Shown: positions 41,911 to 57,235 of the stretch, piece after piece
Layout of the letters: every line of letters starts with the position of its first letter
Position numbering within the stretch: the stretch's first letter is position 1
From: Tubulanus polymorphus
Taxonomy: Eukaryota > Animalia > Nemertea
Length of the DNA: 64,000 nucleotides
Assembly: GCF_964204645.1 (NCBI RefSeq)
Contig: NC_134036.1
Location: 4,866,600-4,930,599 of the forward strand
Direction: 5' to 3'
The notes under the pieces: generated by a model
Database searches by the model: none
What the model saw: only the letters and a program-made list of their open reading frames with translations
Told to the model about the DNA's origin: nothing
Program-made: the position numbers and the translations under genes

Positions 41911-43589
41911 TAAATGTTTTAAACAGTCTAAACGCTTTTATCCGTCAAATATTATCGGGTTGTCCTATTTAAGCTCAAGAGTAGTTTTCATTTTGATTAT
42001 TCGTTCATAAAGTTCACACATTTCACCCCAAATCATCCCCTCTCTGCAAGACGCGTTGGGAACTATAGAAAATATTGGAATTTTAAACATGATATTGATT
42101 TCTCAAAAACATGGGCGAACGAAGTTATCAGAATATTTCTGAAATATAATCGGGCGTGGGTATTCACGACACGTGGAAACGATGGAACCGAAAATTTATT
42201 TAGAATTGGATAAGAAATGTGGTGCGAATATCAAATTGCCCAAATTAAAGCGAGATGTTGAACCTGTTATTTTTCATTTTACCTGCTAATTCAGCTTCAT
42301 AGAAATAAAAGATGAATTGACCTCGTAAATACTCAGCGCATCATTAGAGTTGTTAAAATTCTAAGGCGTCACGTTTGAAACATATAGCTTAATCTTTTCT
42401 TTCATTTCTTAATATAAGATAGCGAATATTTCGTTTTCTCTTTAAGATATCAATCGAATGCGGAATTTTAGTTAAAAAATAATGATTGTTTTAACAAAGC
42501 GCGAGGGAGTAGAGAATAGATTTCTATATCGCAAACACTTTCTTTTCGGATTCATCACTTTGACCGTACGTACGAGTAACGTTAAGATAATAAATAGGTC
42601 AAGAGATTTTAGGGCGTTTTTCAACCAGTGTTGTTTATAAGTAACGGTAAATTTCATTTTTATAGGAAATCGATTTTTGCCCAGACTCGAGCTACCCACT
42701 CGCCAGTCATCAACTGGTGGATCTGTCTTTCAATTACGAATAAATGTAAATACAGCCTACGAAGCATTTTACAGAACTGAATTGGATTGGAGAATGTGTA
42801 CGCTGAAAGTTACCAATTACGTGTTTGGTCTAATGAAAACCCAGACGATATTGACATAACATCCAACTATGTTATATCCTATCGATTTTCAATTACAAAC
42901 ACGAACCCGCTGTTTTATTCCCGGTATGTTCGATCTCTTTGTTTTATAACACATTAATCTAATTATCCTAACATTAAACTAACCGATCGAACGAATAAGA
43001 AGGGCAATACATATTTCAGGATCGAAAACTTCAAAACGCGGTTCGTGAATTCGCGAAAACAGCGTCTTAGTAACGCGTAAAGTAACGCGCTACGACTGGT
43101 TTGAACTCACGCCAGTCGCCAATTTTCAAAACGGTCAAAATCCCGAAACCGAGTAATACGTATAAACTGCGATTCCAATAATAATCATAAAGTCGAATTT
43201 GTCGGAAGGTCGAGCGAAAATATATATTCGACTAGCTAATGAAATATTAATCTAAAAATAAAATACGTAAACGAACGGAACGAAATAATTGGGATATTTT
43301 TATGTATAATTGGACATGAATATTTACCGCGCCTGAAGGAAACGTGAAACTGAAAATTGCTGAACAGATTGATGGTAATTACTGGAGAACTCGCTCGAAA
43401 GAAATGTCAACGTTTGAAAATATGTTTGTATCCTGAATTTGCTGATTGCAGCAAATGAATAGTAAGAAATCTCAAATGCTCCATCATTTATGGATAGAAC
43501 ATGAAGATAGAAAGTAATGTGAAAAGGCGATCAGTGATTGAAATAACAACTTTTGAATCTGGAATGATTTCCAACGTTGTGTTGTGTTG

Positions 43590-46500
43590 ATGTTGTTCGG
43601 TATGGAGCAGCGACTGAGAGCGCTGTTTATAGCGTCGCTGATCGTCTGTAGAGTTCGCATCGCGCGCGCTGATCGCGCAGACTCTATCGACGAATCGTCT
43701 GTGACGGTAAGTTCGTCTTGTAACAACACGTGGTACCCGCTAGATTCTACGTCCGGTTACATCGTTTCACCGAATTACCCTTCGTTAACAAGCGGAGTTG
43801 AATGTCGTTGGTTCATCAACAGCTCTTTACCGGGAACTGTTCGCGTCCAAGTTTACCACAACATCGAGCCGTCAATATTCTGTAGTGATAACTACCTTCT
43901 CGTCTACGAGTCTGATAACAGATTCTGCGGCGATGGAAAAAGTGAAATTCGTCGTAACGATTCGATCTCGTTGATGTTTAGGAGTAACATCGATGGTGCG
44001 CGAGGTAGTCGGGTTTATATCATATATCGTTATCAACGAAATCATTTGTTAATTAGTCACGATTGCCCCAAATATCTCCGATTGAACGAAATACAAACAT
44101 CAAAAGGATACAGATATCAGATAAGCTACTTACTAACGTGCAAATTGTTTTTGGACTGGATCGGGATGCCGGATGATTTTGGCATGAACCTGACCTTAAG
44201 AAAGCTAAGTTTGAAAGTAAGCCCAGCTGCTGATCCAGCGACGACTCTTAAAGTCTACGACGGATGGAACACCAGCAGTGAACCTATAGGTCTTATACGA
44301 GAACAAACCGGGCATCCACCGTCATCATTTTATACTAAAACAAGCAAAGCCGTCATATCACTGCTATATCCTCGACTGTTTTTCGAAACACAGCTTCTAA
44401 TTCAAATATACAAAATATCAGATTGGAACGTCTCTAATCCGTTGATTCAGATCTCTAATAACGAGTCGGGAGTGCTCATACCCGATGACAACAGTTTACA
44501 CGTAATAACTCGATCGAAACACTTACACTGCTGGTCTATCACAGTGCAGGTGTTACAGTACGTCGTCTTCAACTGGACACGCGATATCGTCACAACCGCT
44601 GACGTCATTGGTGTATATAAACTAGAAGGGTTACGCGTTGTGGGAACTGATATTTTACTCGGTTACAACTACCTGCAATCACTGAGTGTTAAATCTGATG
44701 GATTTCTCGTCATACTGTGTGTTTTGAAAGCAATGGTTCACGGGTATGTGAGATTTGTAATAAACTATAAAATTGAATCTATTTCGATGAATGATATGAA
44801 GGTCAACAACCGTGAGGTGAGTATTACCTGTGAATTTATGTTATCCCGTATCGAAATGACACATTTCACCACGAATTCGTCTGATATACTAGAAATATTG
44901 GCTAACTCTAGGTACCGGTGAACCGAATGCGGTCTCTGACGCAAGACTCGCTGTTTACAAAACGAAATAAAGGTTCGGTGAATTATCGCGTCACTAGATA
45001 CGAGTTCAAATGGAAAGTCGATATTTATGAAGTGAATATGGAACTAACAGTTTTATCAGAGAACTGCGAGCGAGCTGGATTTTACATATTCGACGGTGGT
45101 AATTTCACGGCTAGACGATACGGTCCGTATTGTCCTCGTTTATGGATATACGACCGTAACGTCGTCAGTCTGATTACATCAGGTGGATCGGTTACTGTAG
45201 TAGGATACGCTTATAACTGGGATGATCAGTTAACAGTCGATAAGATATCATATCTCAGATTTCGTCCTACCGACTGTGACGGGTACGTTTTAAAGGAGGG
45301 AAAATGTCAGATCAATATGACGTCACACTGTCTCGTGATTACACCCGAAAACCGACGCCTTCCTTTGAGAAATATTAATATATTATCAGAACACGAATAT
45401 CAAATTGACCGATGTTTTCAGGATCATCTATCTTTTGGTTCTTGTACCAGGTATCTGACATTGAGTAGTCAGTTTCCTATTAACGGAATCGTATTGAACA
45501 GTGTGAAAACGCGTGTGACGAATGTATTCTGGTTTTATCCCTTATTAATTGAACTACGACGTGAATGTCAACGATTGAAGAAAGAATTTGTAGATGGGGT
45601 TATCGACCAGGCACCACTGAATGATAATTGCGGAATCATTCAGTCACCGAACTACCCTGGATCAGCAGGGCAAACCAGGGAATCATTAATATATAGTTTT
45701 CAATTGAGCATCACTCGACGAATTCAGCACTACAGATTTGTGATAAAACATATTGAAATGATACGATGTGAGAAATCACACCCGTCAGACAAGGACCTGA
45801 TTCTAATAAAACAATCCATTACTGATACAACTAGCGGCCAAACACATCAACGCGAAAATAGAATATGTGACAATAACGCGTTACCAGGACTTGTGTTTTA
45901 TAGTTTAAGACATGAGAACCTCAGGTTTGAGGTGAAATATAACATACCGACATTTCAAATACAATACACATTAGAACAGTCGATACCGGTAAAACAGTTT
46001 AAAAATGTCTGTAAATCAGGATTTTTAGATTCGGGAATTTCATGCGTAAAATACATCAGAGATGAACGTCTGAATTGGGAGAATGCTGAATTGTACTGTA
46101 GACAGAAGTACGCGGGACATCTACTCAGTATCAACTCACAACAGGAAATGATTTCTATTAAAAGATTATTCGCTACAAAGCTTCTTCTAAAGGCATATTC
46201 ACAGATAGCGCTCATAATGATGATTGGATTAAAACTGCAAGTAAGTCATAAAATAAGTCATTAGAAAGTTTGTATATAAGAATTTGATGTTATGTTTAAT
46301 CACGTGTTTGCAACTTAATTTTTCAGCCCGTTTCTGGTTATTACACGTGGACTGACGGGAAACCATTGAGCTACACAGAGTGGTATAAACCTACAAATAA
46401 CGACACGATACCAGAAGTTATTCGAGGATTGATATCTTCTCTCAGAAAACAACCGATAAATGACGTCAATATGCCGTGTACAGCGATGATACTGAATAAT

Positions 46501-49500
46501 CCACGAGGATCAGCGAACTGGGTTCGATTCCCCTGCGAAATTGAAGAGGTTCATACGAATTTCATTTGCGAAACTGAAAGATTTACCATCGAAAATAGAA
46601 CAGCAACCATGTGGAATGTAACCAAAAACGACACATTTCTATTTCAAAATACTGATTTCAACGATTCGAACTGTACGATTGGTTGGGTAAACATAGGTAA
46701 ACAATGCTATCAAATACTGACAGATTGGAACAGATATCGAGGTCTTGATTCAAAAACTGCTACAGAGATGTGTCATAGCGTCGGATCTGATATGGGAAAA
46801 ATATTCCGTAACACAGAAAATGACATCTTAAATTTGATGAAATTATTTCAATATCAACATCAATATAGCTCTATACTAACGATGACTTCCAATGACAGAC
46901 TGCAAGTTATAAACCCAATAATCACTAGAGATGAAATTACTTATATTCAATCAGTTAAATGGATGACGAAACAGTTTGATAATGTGACGGATACAGCGCA
47001 TTCTGTTTTGTGTTCATACAATGTAACTGATGAAGAGTTATCATCTATAAGCGGTTGTAAATCGTGGCAGTTTAAATGTAACGATCAAAGATGTATAAGC
47101 GACCATCGCGTATGTGATACCAGACACGACTGTCAACACGGCGAGGATGAACTCATTTGTACGGATATAAATTTACACAGTCAGTTTCAATGCGATGATG
47201 GTCAGTTGATATCAATAAGTGGATTCTGTGACTTCATAGAGGATTGTGTGGATGGTTCGGATGAGGAACCTTGTATTCATCCCCCGTGTTTGTCTGAACA
47301 ATTTCGCTGCACAAGTGGTCAATGTTTCAGTAGGTCAAGTAGATGTGATGGAGTCACTGATTGTAAAGACGGATCAGATGAAATGGGATGCACTACTGAA
47401 ATGTGTCAGGGGTTCCTGTGTAACAGTGGAAACTGTATCAGTTCTCAGTTGTATCAGGATGGTGTCGTGGATTGTAGTGGAAGCCTCGAAGAAGATGAAT
47501 TAGTAACAACTTCTAATGTTACAGTGAATCCTACTGTTCAGTGCAATGATGGAAACTACTGCACAACTAACTTTACCAATCTCTGTACGGAATCAGATGA
47601 ACAAAGGTGTTCTTTCAATTCTCCTCACTGTTATTCAAGACGTCACAGATGTATTCTAGAAAGAATGTCAAATGGTTTCCCAGTTTGTAGAAATCTTGAG
47701 CATGTATTGAGATGTGAAGAATTTGAATGTCCAGCTGGTACTGTAAAATGTCCAGCATCGTACTGTATACCGATCAGACAGGTGTGCGATGGTCAATCAG
47801 ATTGTCCTAATTTAGAAGATGAACAAAACTGCGAGACATTTTCTTGTCCTGGGATGTTTAAATGTGGTCAGGAAAATCGGTGTATTCCCCAATCTGAAGT
47901 TTGTGACGGTTTCGTCAACTGTAAACATACAAATGATGACGAGGCTTTCTGTAATGTCACGTGTGAGAAGGGCTGTAGATGTCAAGGTCATTTGATTGAT
48001 TGTGCGAATGCTCGTTTAAAAGATGTAACTGGTCTTTTCTCGACATCAAGTCGAGTTTTAATTCTGTCGAATAACAGAATCATTCTGAGCGAGTCGACGT
48101 TTTCTTTATTCGTTTATCTTCGAATGCTCAACATCTCCTTCAATGAATTGTCTCATATTTTACCGAACTCGTTCACAAACCTGAATAATTTACATACATT
48201 AGATCTTAGGTACAACAACATAACATCATTATCCACAAACACATTCATCGGGTTGTATAATTTAAAAGAGTTATTGATAACTGAAAATCCAATACGCCAT
48301 TTAGACGACAATACCTTCCAAGATTTAATGTCATTACAAATTCTTAACCTTCAAGGCCTTTCAGTTTTGCTGCTTGGTAGAAATGTATTTAGAGGTTTAT
48401 CTGCATTACAGTCGTTGAATATCAGCAGTAACAGAATCCATCATATTTCACGATATGCTTTTTCAGGATTAAATGAACTTAAAATTCTCGATTTCACCAA
48501 CAACTCTAAATTTATTTTGACTGAGACAAGCGTTTTCGATAATCTAACATCATTAGTCTCGTTAACGTCTGATGCTTACAAATTTTGCTGCATGGCTCCG
48601 AATGTTGACCAGTGTCTTCCCGAAGCTGATGAATTTTCCTCCTGTTCTGATCTGATGGGTAACACAATCCTCAGAGCTATCATCTGGATCATCGCTTCAT
48701 TTAGTTTCTTCGCGAACAGTATCGTCATTTTATTTCGTCTTCGATCAATTCGACTTTCATCCTCCGAAAAGCGCAACACATCCTCTGACATCCTCATTAT
48801 CAATATCGCAGCTTGTGATTTTCTGATGTCGATTTATTTGTTTTCGATTGCGGGTGCAGATTATATTTATAAAGGAGATTATTTCCTAAACTCTGAAACT
48901 TGGACGGATAGTTCATTGTGTAGTTTCGCCGGAGTTACGGTGACTATTTCTTGTGAAGGCTCATTGACGTTTCTATTCATTCTAACACGGCAAAGATTCT
49001 CGAATATCGTTAACCCATTTTCTGGAAGCCCGATTAGATCACCGAGATATGTGTCCATTATTTGTGGCGTGTGTTGGGTTACTATAAGTACAATCTCTAT
49101 AATACCGCTGTCACAATTATCTTATTTCGGTATTAAATTCTACGGTACTACTGGAGTTTGTTTACCTATGAATTTAATATCAATTGATGTCAACGCCTGG
49201 CAATATTCATTCGCTATTTTTGCGGTATTCAACTCATTCATACTCGCTACGATAATGGCGACTTATGCACAAATGTACAGACTCGTATCTGGAAGCAGGA
49301 CAGGTTCGGGTAGAATCGATCCTACGGAACTGGTTTTAGCACGAAGAAGTTTGGTGATAAATCTTTGTAATTTATTTTGCTGGCTGCCGTTAATTATCGT
49401 TCAGTTTTGCGCGGTATTACGGGTAGAAATACCGAATCAGGTGGCGGCTTGGCTGGCGGTTCTTTTCTTACCGATCAACTCGTCCCTCAATCCCCTTCTT

Positions 49501-49563
49501 TACACAATACTGACTATCGATATGAAATCAATACGAGCCAAAACTAAACGCTTTCGGCAATAA
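43590..49563 (+). CDS. Copy 7: CUB/C-type lectin/LDLa/LRR GPCR, GRL101-like, ~1930 aa
   Basis: Exons 43590-44816, 44912-46240, 46327-49563; introns 44817-44911 (95 bp) and 46241-46326 (86 bp). Confidence 0.9.
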
Positions 49564-49959
49564 ATGTTTCAAACAGTCTTAACGCATTGATCCGGCAAAT
49601 ATTATCGGGTTGTCCTATCTAAGCTCAAGAATTGTTATTTTTAATTGTACGTTCGAGTATTAAAGTTCACACATTTCACCCGAAATCATGCCCTCTCTGC
49701 AAGATGCGTCCGAAAACTATAGACAATATTGGAATTTTAAACATGATATTAAACCTGAGCGAACGAAGTTATCAGAATATTTCTGAAATATAATCGGGCG
49801 TGGGTATTAACGACACGTGGATACGATAGAACCGAAAATTTATTTAGAATTGGATAAGAAATGTGGTGCGAATATCAAATTGCCCAAAATTACCGCGAGA
49901 TGTTGAACCTGTAATTTTTTATTTTACCTGCTAATTCGGGTTCATGAAAATAAAAGATG

Positions 49960-49983
49960 AATTGACCTCGTAATTGACCTCGT
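49960..49983 (+). repeat. 12-bp tandem duplication AATTGACCTCGT x2, specific to the spacer between copies 7 and 8
   Basis: Read directly; single copy at the equivalent position in the other spacers. Confidence 0.85.
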
Positions 49984-51245
49984 AATTACTCGGCGCATCA
50001 TTAGAGTTGGTAAAATTCTAAGCCGTCATGTTTGAAACATTTAACCAAATCTTTACTTTATATCTAATATAAGATAGCGAATATTTCGTTTCCTCTTGAT
50101 CTCAATCGAATGCGAAAATTCGTTTTAAGAAAAAAAATAATTCTTTTCACAATGCGCGGGGGAGTATAGAATAGATTGTTATATCGCAAACACTTTCGTT
50201 TTGGATTCATCACTTTGACCGTACGTACGAGTAACGTTAAGATAATAAATAGGTCAAGAGATTTTAGGGCGTTTTTTAACCAGTGTTGTTTATAAGTAAC
50301 GGTAAATTTCATTTTTATAGGAAATCGATTTTTGCCCAGACTCCAGCTACCCACTCGCCAGTCATCAACTGGTGGATCTGTCTTTCAATTACGAATAAAT
50401 GTTAATACAGCCTACAAAGTATTTTACAGAACTGAATTGGATTGGAGAATGTTTACGCTGAAAGAAACCAATATTATGTGCTTTGGTCTAATGAAAAACC
50501 CAGACGATTTTGACATAACATCCAACTATGATATATCCTATCGAATTCCAATGACAAACACGAACCCGCTGTTTTATTCCCGGTATGTTCGATTTCTTGG
50601 TTTTATAACTCATTAATCTAATTAACATTAAACTAACCGATCGAACGAGTAAGAAGGGCAATACATATTTCAAGATCGAAAACTTAAAAACGCGGTTTGC
50701 GAATTCGCGAAAACGGCGCCTTACTAACGCGTAAAGTAACGCGCTGCGACTGGTTTGAACACACGCCAGTCGCCGATTTTCAAAACGGTTAGAATCCTGA
50801 AACCATGCGATGCGTATAAACTGCGATTCCAGTAATATTCATAGGGTCGAATTTTGTCGGACGGTCGAGCGAAAATATATATACGACTAGCTAATGAAAT
50901 ATTAATTTAAAAATAAAATAGGCAAACGAACGACACGGAATAATTGGGATATTTTTATATATGATTGGACATGGATATTTACCGCGCCTAAAGGAAACGT
51001 GAAACGTGAAAATTGCTGCACAGATTGATGGTAATTACTGGAGAACTCGTTCGAAAGTAATGTCAACGTTTGAAAATATATTTGTACCCTGAATTTGCTG
51101 ATTGCAGCAAACGAATACTAAGAAATCTCAAATGCTCCATCATTAATGGAGAGAACTTGAAGATAGAAAGTAATGTGAAAAGGCGATCAGTGATTGAAAT
51201 AACAACTTTAGAATCTGGAATGAATTTCAACGTTGTGTCGTGTTG

Positions 51246-54200
51246 ATGTTGTTCGGCATGGAACAGCGACTGAGAGCGCTGTTTATAGCGTCGCTGATCG
51301 TCTGTCAAGTTCGCATCGCGCGCGCTGATCGCGCAGACTCTATCGAGGAATCGTCTGTGACGGTAAGTTCGTCTTGTAACAACACGTGGTACCCGCTAGA
51401 TTCTACGTCCGGTTACATCGTTTCACCGAATTACCCGTCGTTAACGCGCGGTGTTGAATGCCGTTGGTTCATCAACAGTTCTTTACAGGGGACTTTTCAC
51501 GTCCAAGTTTACCACGATATCGAGCTGTCAATATTCTGTAGTGATAACTACCTTCTCGTCCACGAGTCTGATAACCGATTGTGCGGCGATGGAAAATATG
51601 AAATCCGCCGTAACGATTCGATCTCGTTGATGTTTAGGAGTAACGTCGATGGTGCGCGAGGTAGTCGGGTTTATATCATATATCATTATGAACGAAGTCA
51701 AATTAATATTCTTCACGACTGTTCAAGGTACGATTTAATATTAAAGAGGCTAAAAGCTGAGCGGGGTTATGAATTCGCGATTCATAAATTACGTAATTGC
51801 AAGTTGTTTGTTGAATTGAGCGGGATGCCGCGAGGCTATGCGATGAATCTTACATTAATTGATATAGATTTCAAATCCTATCATGTTGGGGAGTCGTTAA
51901 CGGTGGCCATAAGACTCCACGACGGATGGAACACCAGTAGTGATCCTTTCGCTTTTATACCACAACAATCTGGACATCCACCTTCATCATTTTATACTAA
52001 AACTAACAAAGCTGTATTCTTTTTACGGAAGATACATGTCCAGTTAAAGCTTTTAGTTCAGACGTATAGAATATCGGATTGGAACGTATCTAATCCGTTG
52101 ATTCAGATCTCTAATAACGAATCGGGAGTGCTCATTCCCGATGACAACAGTTTACACGTAATAACTCGATCGAAACACTTACACTGCTGGTCTATCACAG
52201 TGCAGGTGTTACAGTACGTCGTCTTCAACTGGACACGTGATCTCGTCACATCAGGTGACATCATCGGTGTATATAAACTAGAAGGGCTACCCATTTTAGG
52301 AACTGATGTTTTACTCGGTCACAACTACCTGCAATCACTGAGTGTTAAATCTGAAGGCTTTCTCGTCATACTGTGCGTTTTAAAAACAACAGTTCACGAT
52401 GATGTAAGATTTGAAATAAGCTATAAATTGGAATCTATTTCGATAGACGATATCAAGGTCAACAACATTCGGGTGAGTATTACCTCTGTAATTATGTTAC
52501 CCCTTATCGAAATAACATATATTATCAAAAATCTGTCTGATAAACTTATTATTGGCGAACTTTAGGTACCCGTGAACCGAATGCGGTTTTTGATGCCATT
52601 CTGGCTGTTTCCGAAACAAAAAAAAGTATCGGTAAATTATCGCATCACTAGATACGAGTTTAAATGGAAAGTAGATATTTATGAAGAGAAAATGGGACTA
52701 ACGGTTTTATCAGAGAACTGCGAGCGAGCTGGATTTTACATATTCGACGGTGGTAATTTCACGGCTAGACGATACGGTCCGTATTGTCCTCGTTTATACA
52801 CCCCGTACGACCGTAACGTCGTCAGTCTGATTACATCCGGCGGGTCGGTTACTGTAGCAGGATACGCGTATAACTGGAATGATCAGTTGACCGTTGAAAA
52901 AGAATCATTTCTGAGATTTCGCCCTACCGACTGTGACGGGTACATCCTCCGGGAGGGAGAACAGCGGGTCGATATGACTTCACACTGTCTCGTGATTACA
53001 CCCGAAAACCGACGCCTTCCTTTGAGAAACATCTACATATTATCAGAACACGAATATCAAATTGACCGATGTTTTCAGGGTGCTATACCATTCGGTTCAT
53101 GTGGATCGTACGTTAGCTTGAGTAGTCAGTTGCTCAATAACAGTCTCGTATTAAACACTGTGAAAATGCGAACCCCGAGTTTATTCTGGAATTATTATTT
53201 GATGGTTGAACTTCGGAGTAAATGCCAAAAATTGAAATCTGCCGTTATAGAAATACTGGGTGGGAGGGTATTTGAAGATGAATGCGGGTTGTTGCAATCA
53301 CCAAATTATCCGGGATTATCTGAGTATCAACATGAACCACTTTATTATAACTATCCTCAAGTGGTCAGACGGGGCAAATTTTCCTACCACCGGTTTCTAA
53401 TCAAATACATAGACAGGGTACTGTGCACGAAATCGGGTGTGAGTGACAAAGATCCGATTATCTACAAACAATCGATACATGAATCGCACAGTAGAAAAAT
53501 CACACATGAGCATAGAATATGTGACAATAACGCGATACCGGGACTTGTGTTTTATAGTTTAAGAGATGACAGGGTGTGGTTTGAGGTGAAACGTTATATC
53601 CCGACATTTCAAATACAATACACATTAGAACAGTCGTTACCGGTAAAACAGTTTGAAAATGTCTGTAAATCAGGATTTATAGATTCGGGAATTTCATGCG
53701 TAAAATACATCAGAGATGAACGTCTGAATTGGGAGAATGCTGCATTGTACTGTAGACAGAAGTACGCGGGACATCTACTCAGTATCAACTCAGAACAGGA
53801 AATGATTTCTATCAAACGATTATTCGCAACAGAACTTCTTCTAAATGCCTATTCACAGAAAGCGCTCATAATGATGATTGGATTAAAAATGAAGGTAAAA
53901 TTCTTAATTTCTAAATCTATCTCGTTAAAAGAAATTTATATACAATTATGATGTTTTAATCATGAATTTGCCACTTAAACTTTTAGTCTACTTCTGGTTC
54001 TTACACGTGGACTGATGGGAAACCATTGAGCTACACGGAGTGGTATCAACCTACAAATAACGACACGATACCAGAAGTTATTCAAGGATTGATATCACCT
54101 CTAAGAAAACAACCGATAAATGACGTCAATATGCAGTGTACGGCGATGATACTGAATAATCCACGAGGATCAGCGAACTGGGTTCGATTCCCATGTGAAA

Positions 54201-57200
54201 TCGAAGAGGTCCACACGAGTTTCATTTGCGAAACTGAAAGAATTGATATCGAAAATAGAACAGCATTAATGTTGAACATAACCAAAAACGACACATTTCT
54301 AATACGGGAAAATCCATTTCAAAATATTGATTTCAATGAATCGAGCTGTACATTTGGTTTGGTAAGAATAGACAGACAATGCTATCAAATACTGACAGAC
54401 TGGAACACACATCGAGGTCTTGATATAAAAAGTGCGACAGAGATGTGTAATGGCGTCCGGGCCGAAGTAGGTAGTACAAACAGTAATACTGAAAAAGATA
54501 TCTTAAATTTGATAACAACATTTCAATATCAACATCAATATAGCTCTCTACTAACGATGACTTCTTATGACACACTGCAAGTTATAAACCCAATAATCAG
54601 CAGAGATGAAATTACTTATATTCAATCACTAAAATGGATGATGAAACAGTTTGATAATGCGACAGATACAGCGCATTCTGTTTTGTGTTCATACAATGTA
54701 ACTGATGAAGAGTTAGCTTCCATAAGTGGATGTAAATCGTGGCAGTTTGAATGTAACGATCAAAGATGTATCAGCGACCATCGCGTATGTGATACCAGAC
54801 ACGACTGTCGACACGGCGAAGATGAACTGAGTTGTTCGCATATCAATTTACACAGTCAGTTTCAATGCGATGATGGTCAGGTTATATCAATAAGTGGTTT
54901 CTGTGATTTCATACAGGATTGTGTGGATGGTTCTGATGAGAAATCTTGTTTTCATCCCCCGTGTTTGTCTGAACAATTTCGCTGCAAAAGTGGTCAATGT
55001 TTCAGTAGGTCAAACAGATGTGATGGAGTCACTGATTGTAAAGACGGATCAGATGAAATGGGATGCACTACTAAAATATGTCAGGGGTTCCTGTGTAACA
55101 GTGGAGACTGTATTAGTTCTCAGTTATATCAGGATGGTGTCGTGGATTGTAGTGGAAGCCTTGAAGAAGATGAATTAGTAACAACTACTAATGTTACAGT
55201 GAATCCTACTGTTCAGTGCAATAATGAAAACTACTGCAAAACTAACTTTACAAATCTCTGTACGGAATCAGATGAACAAAGATGTTCTTTCAATTCTCCT
55301 CACTGTTATTCAAGACGTCACAGATGTATTCTAGAAAGAATGTCAAATGGTTTCCCAGTTTGTAGAAATCTTGAGCACGTACTGAGATGTGAAGAATTAG
55401 ATTGTCCAGCTGGTACTGTAAAATGTCCAGCATCGTACTGTATACCGATCAGACAGGTGTGCGATGGTCAATCGGATTGTCCTAATTCAGAAGATGAACA
55501 AAACTGCGAGACATTTTCTTGTCCAGGAATGTTTAAATGTGGTCAGGAAAATCGGTGTATTCCCCAATCTGAAGTTTGTGACGGTTTCGTCAACTGTAAA
55601 CATACAAATGATGACGAGGCTTTCTGTAATGTCACGTGTAAGAAGGGCTGTAGATGTCAAGGTCATTTGATTGATTGTGCGTATGCTCGTTTAAAAGATG
55701 TAACTGATCTTTTCTCGACATCAAGTCGAGTTTTGATTCTATCGAATAACAGAATCATTCTGAGCGAGTCGACGTTTTCTTCATTCGTTTATCTTCGAAT
55801 GCTCAACATCTCTTTCAATGAATTGTCTTATATTTTACCGAACTCGTTCACAAACCTGCATAATTTACACATATTAGATCTTACATACAACAACATAACA
55901 TCATTATCCACAAACACATTCATCGGGTTGTATAATTTAAAAGAGTTATTGATAACTGAAAATCCTTTACGCCATTTAGACGACAATACCTTCCAAGATT
56001 TAATGTCATTACAATTTCTGGACCTTCGAGGGCTTTCAGTTTTGCTGCTTGGCAGAGATGTATTTAGAGGTTTATCTGCATTACAGTCGTTGGATATTAG
56101 CAGTAACAGAATCCATCATATTTCACGTTATGCTTTTTCAGGATTAAATGAACTTAGAATTCTCGATATCACCAACAACTCTAAATTTATTTTGACTGAG
56201 ACAGGCGTTTTCGATAATCTAACATCATTAGTCTCGTTAACGTCTGATGCTTACAAATTTTGTTGCATGGCTCCGCATGTTGACCAGTGTCTTCCTGAAG
56301 CTGATGAATTTTCTTCTTGTTCTGATCTGATGGGTAACACAGTCCTCAGAGCTATCATCTGGGTCATCGCTTCATTTAGTTTCTTCGGGAACAGTATCGT
56401 CATTTTATTTCGTCTTCGATCAATTCGACTTTCATCCTCCGAGAAACGTAACACATCTTCTGATATCTTAATCATCAATATCGCAGCTTGTGATTTTCTC
56501 ATGTCGATTTATTTGTTTTCGATTGCGGGTGCAGATTACATTTATAAAGGAATTTATTTCCTAAATTCTGAAACTTGGACTGGCAGTTCATTGTGAAGTT
56601 TCGCCGGAGTCACGGTGACTATTTCTTGTGAAGGCTCATTGACGTTTCTATTTATTCTAACACGGCAGAGATTCTCGAATATCGTTAATCCATTTTCTGG
56701 AAGCCCGATTACATCGTCGAGATATGTGTCCATTATTTGTGGCGTGTGTTGGGTTATTATAAGTACAATCTCTATAATACCGCTGTCACAATTATCTTAT
56801 TTCGGTATTAAATTCTACGGTACTACTGGAGTTTGTTTACCTATGAATTTAATATCAATTAATGTCCACGCCTGGCAATATTCATTCGCTATTTTTGCGG
56901 TATTCAACTCGTTCATACTCGCTACGATAATGGCGACTTATGCGCAAATGTACAGACTCGTATCTGGAAGCAGGACAGGTTCGGGTAGAATCGATCCTAC
57001 CGAACTGGTTTTAGCACGAAGAAGTTTGGTGATAAATCTTTGTAATTTATTTTGCTGGCTGCCGTTAATTGTCGTTCAGTTTTGCACGGTATTACGGGTA
57101 GAAATACCGAATCAGGTGGCGGCTTGGCTGGCGGTTCTTTTCTTACCGATCAACTCGTCCCTCAATCCCCTTCTTTACACAATACTGACTATCGATATGA

Positions 57201-57235
57201 AATCAATACGAGCAAAAACAAAACGCTTACGTTAA
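51246..57235 (+). pseudogene. Copy 8: GRL101-like receptor with a premature stop after TM2 (pseudogene or truncated ~1721-aa 2-TM form)
   Basis: Exons 51246-52472, 52566-53894, 53987-57235. In-frame TGA at 56594-56596 where copies 1-7 have TGT (the Cys of SSLC). The frame continues intact to the normal stop at 57235. Confidence 0.8.

Noticed and set aside
56594-56596. Selenocysteine recoding of the Cys-position TGA
   Set aside because: It occurs in one copy only, and the 3' flank is nearly identical to that of the TGT-bearing copy 6 with no evident SECIS. A point mutation is the simpler explanation.
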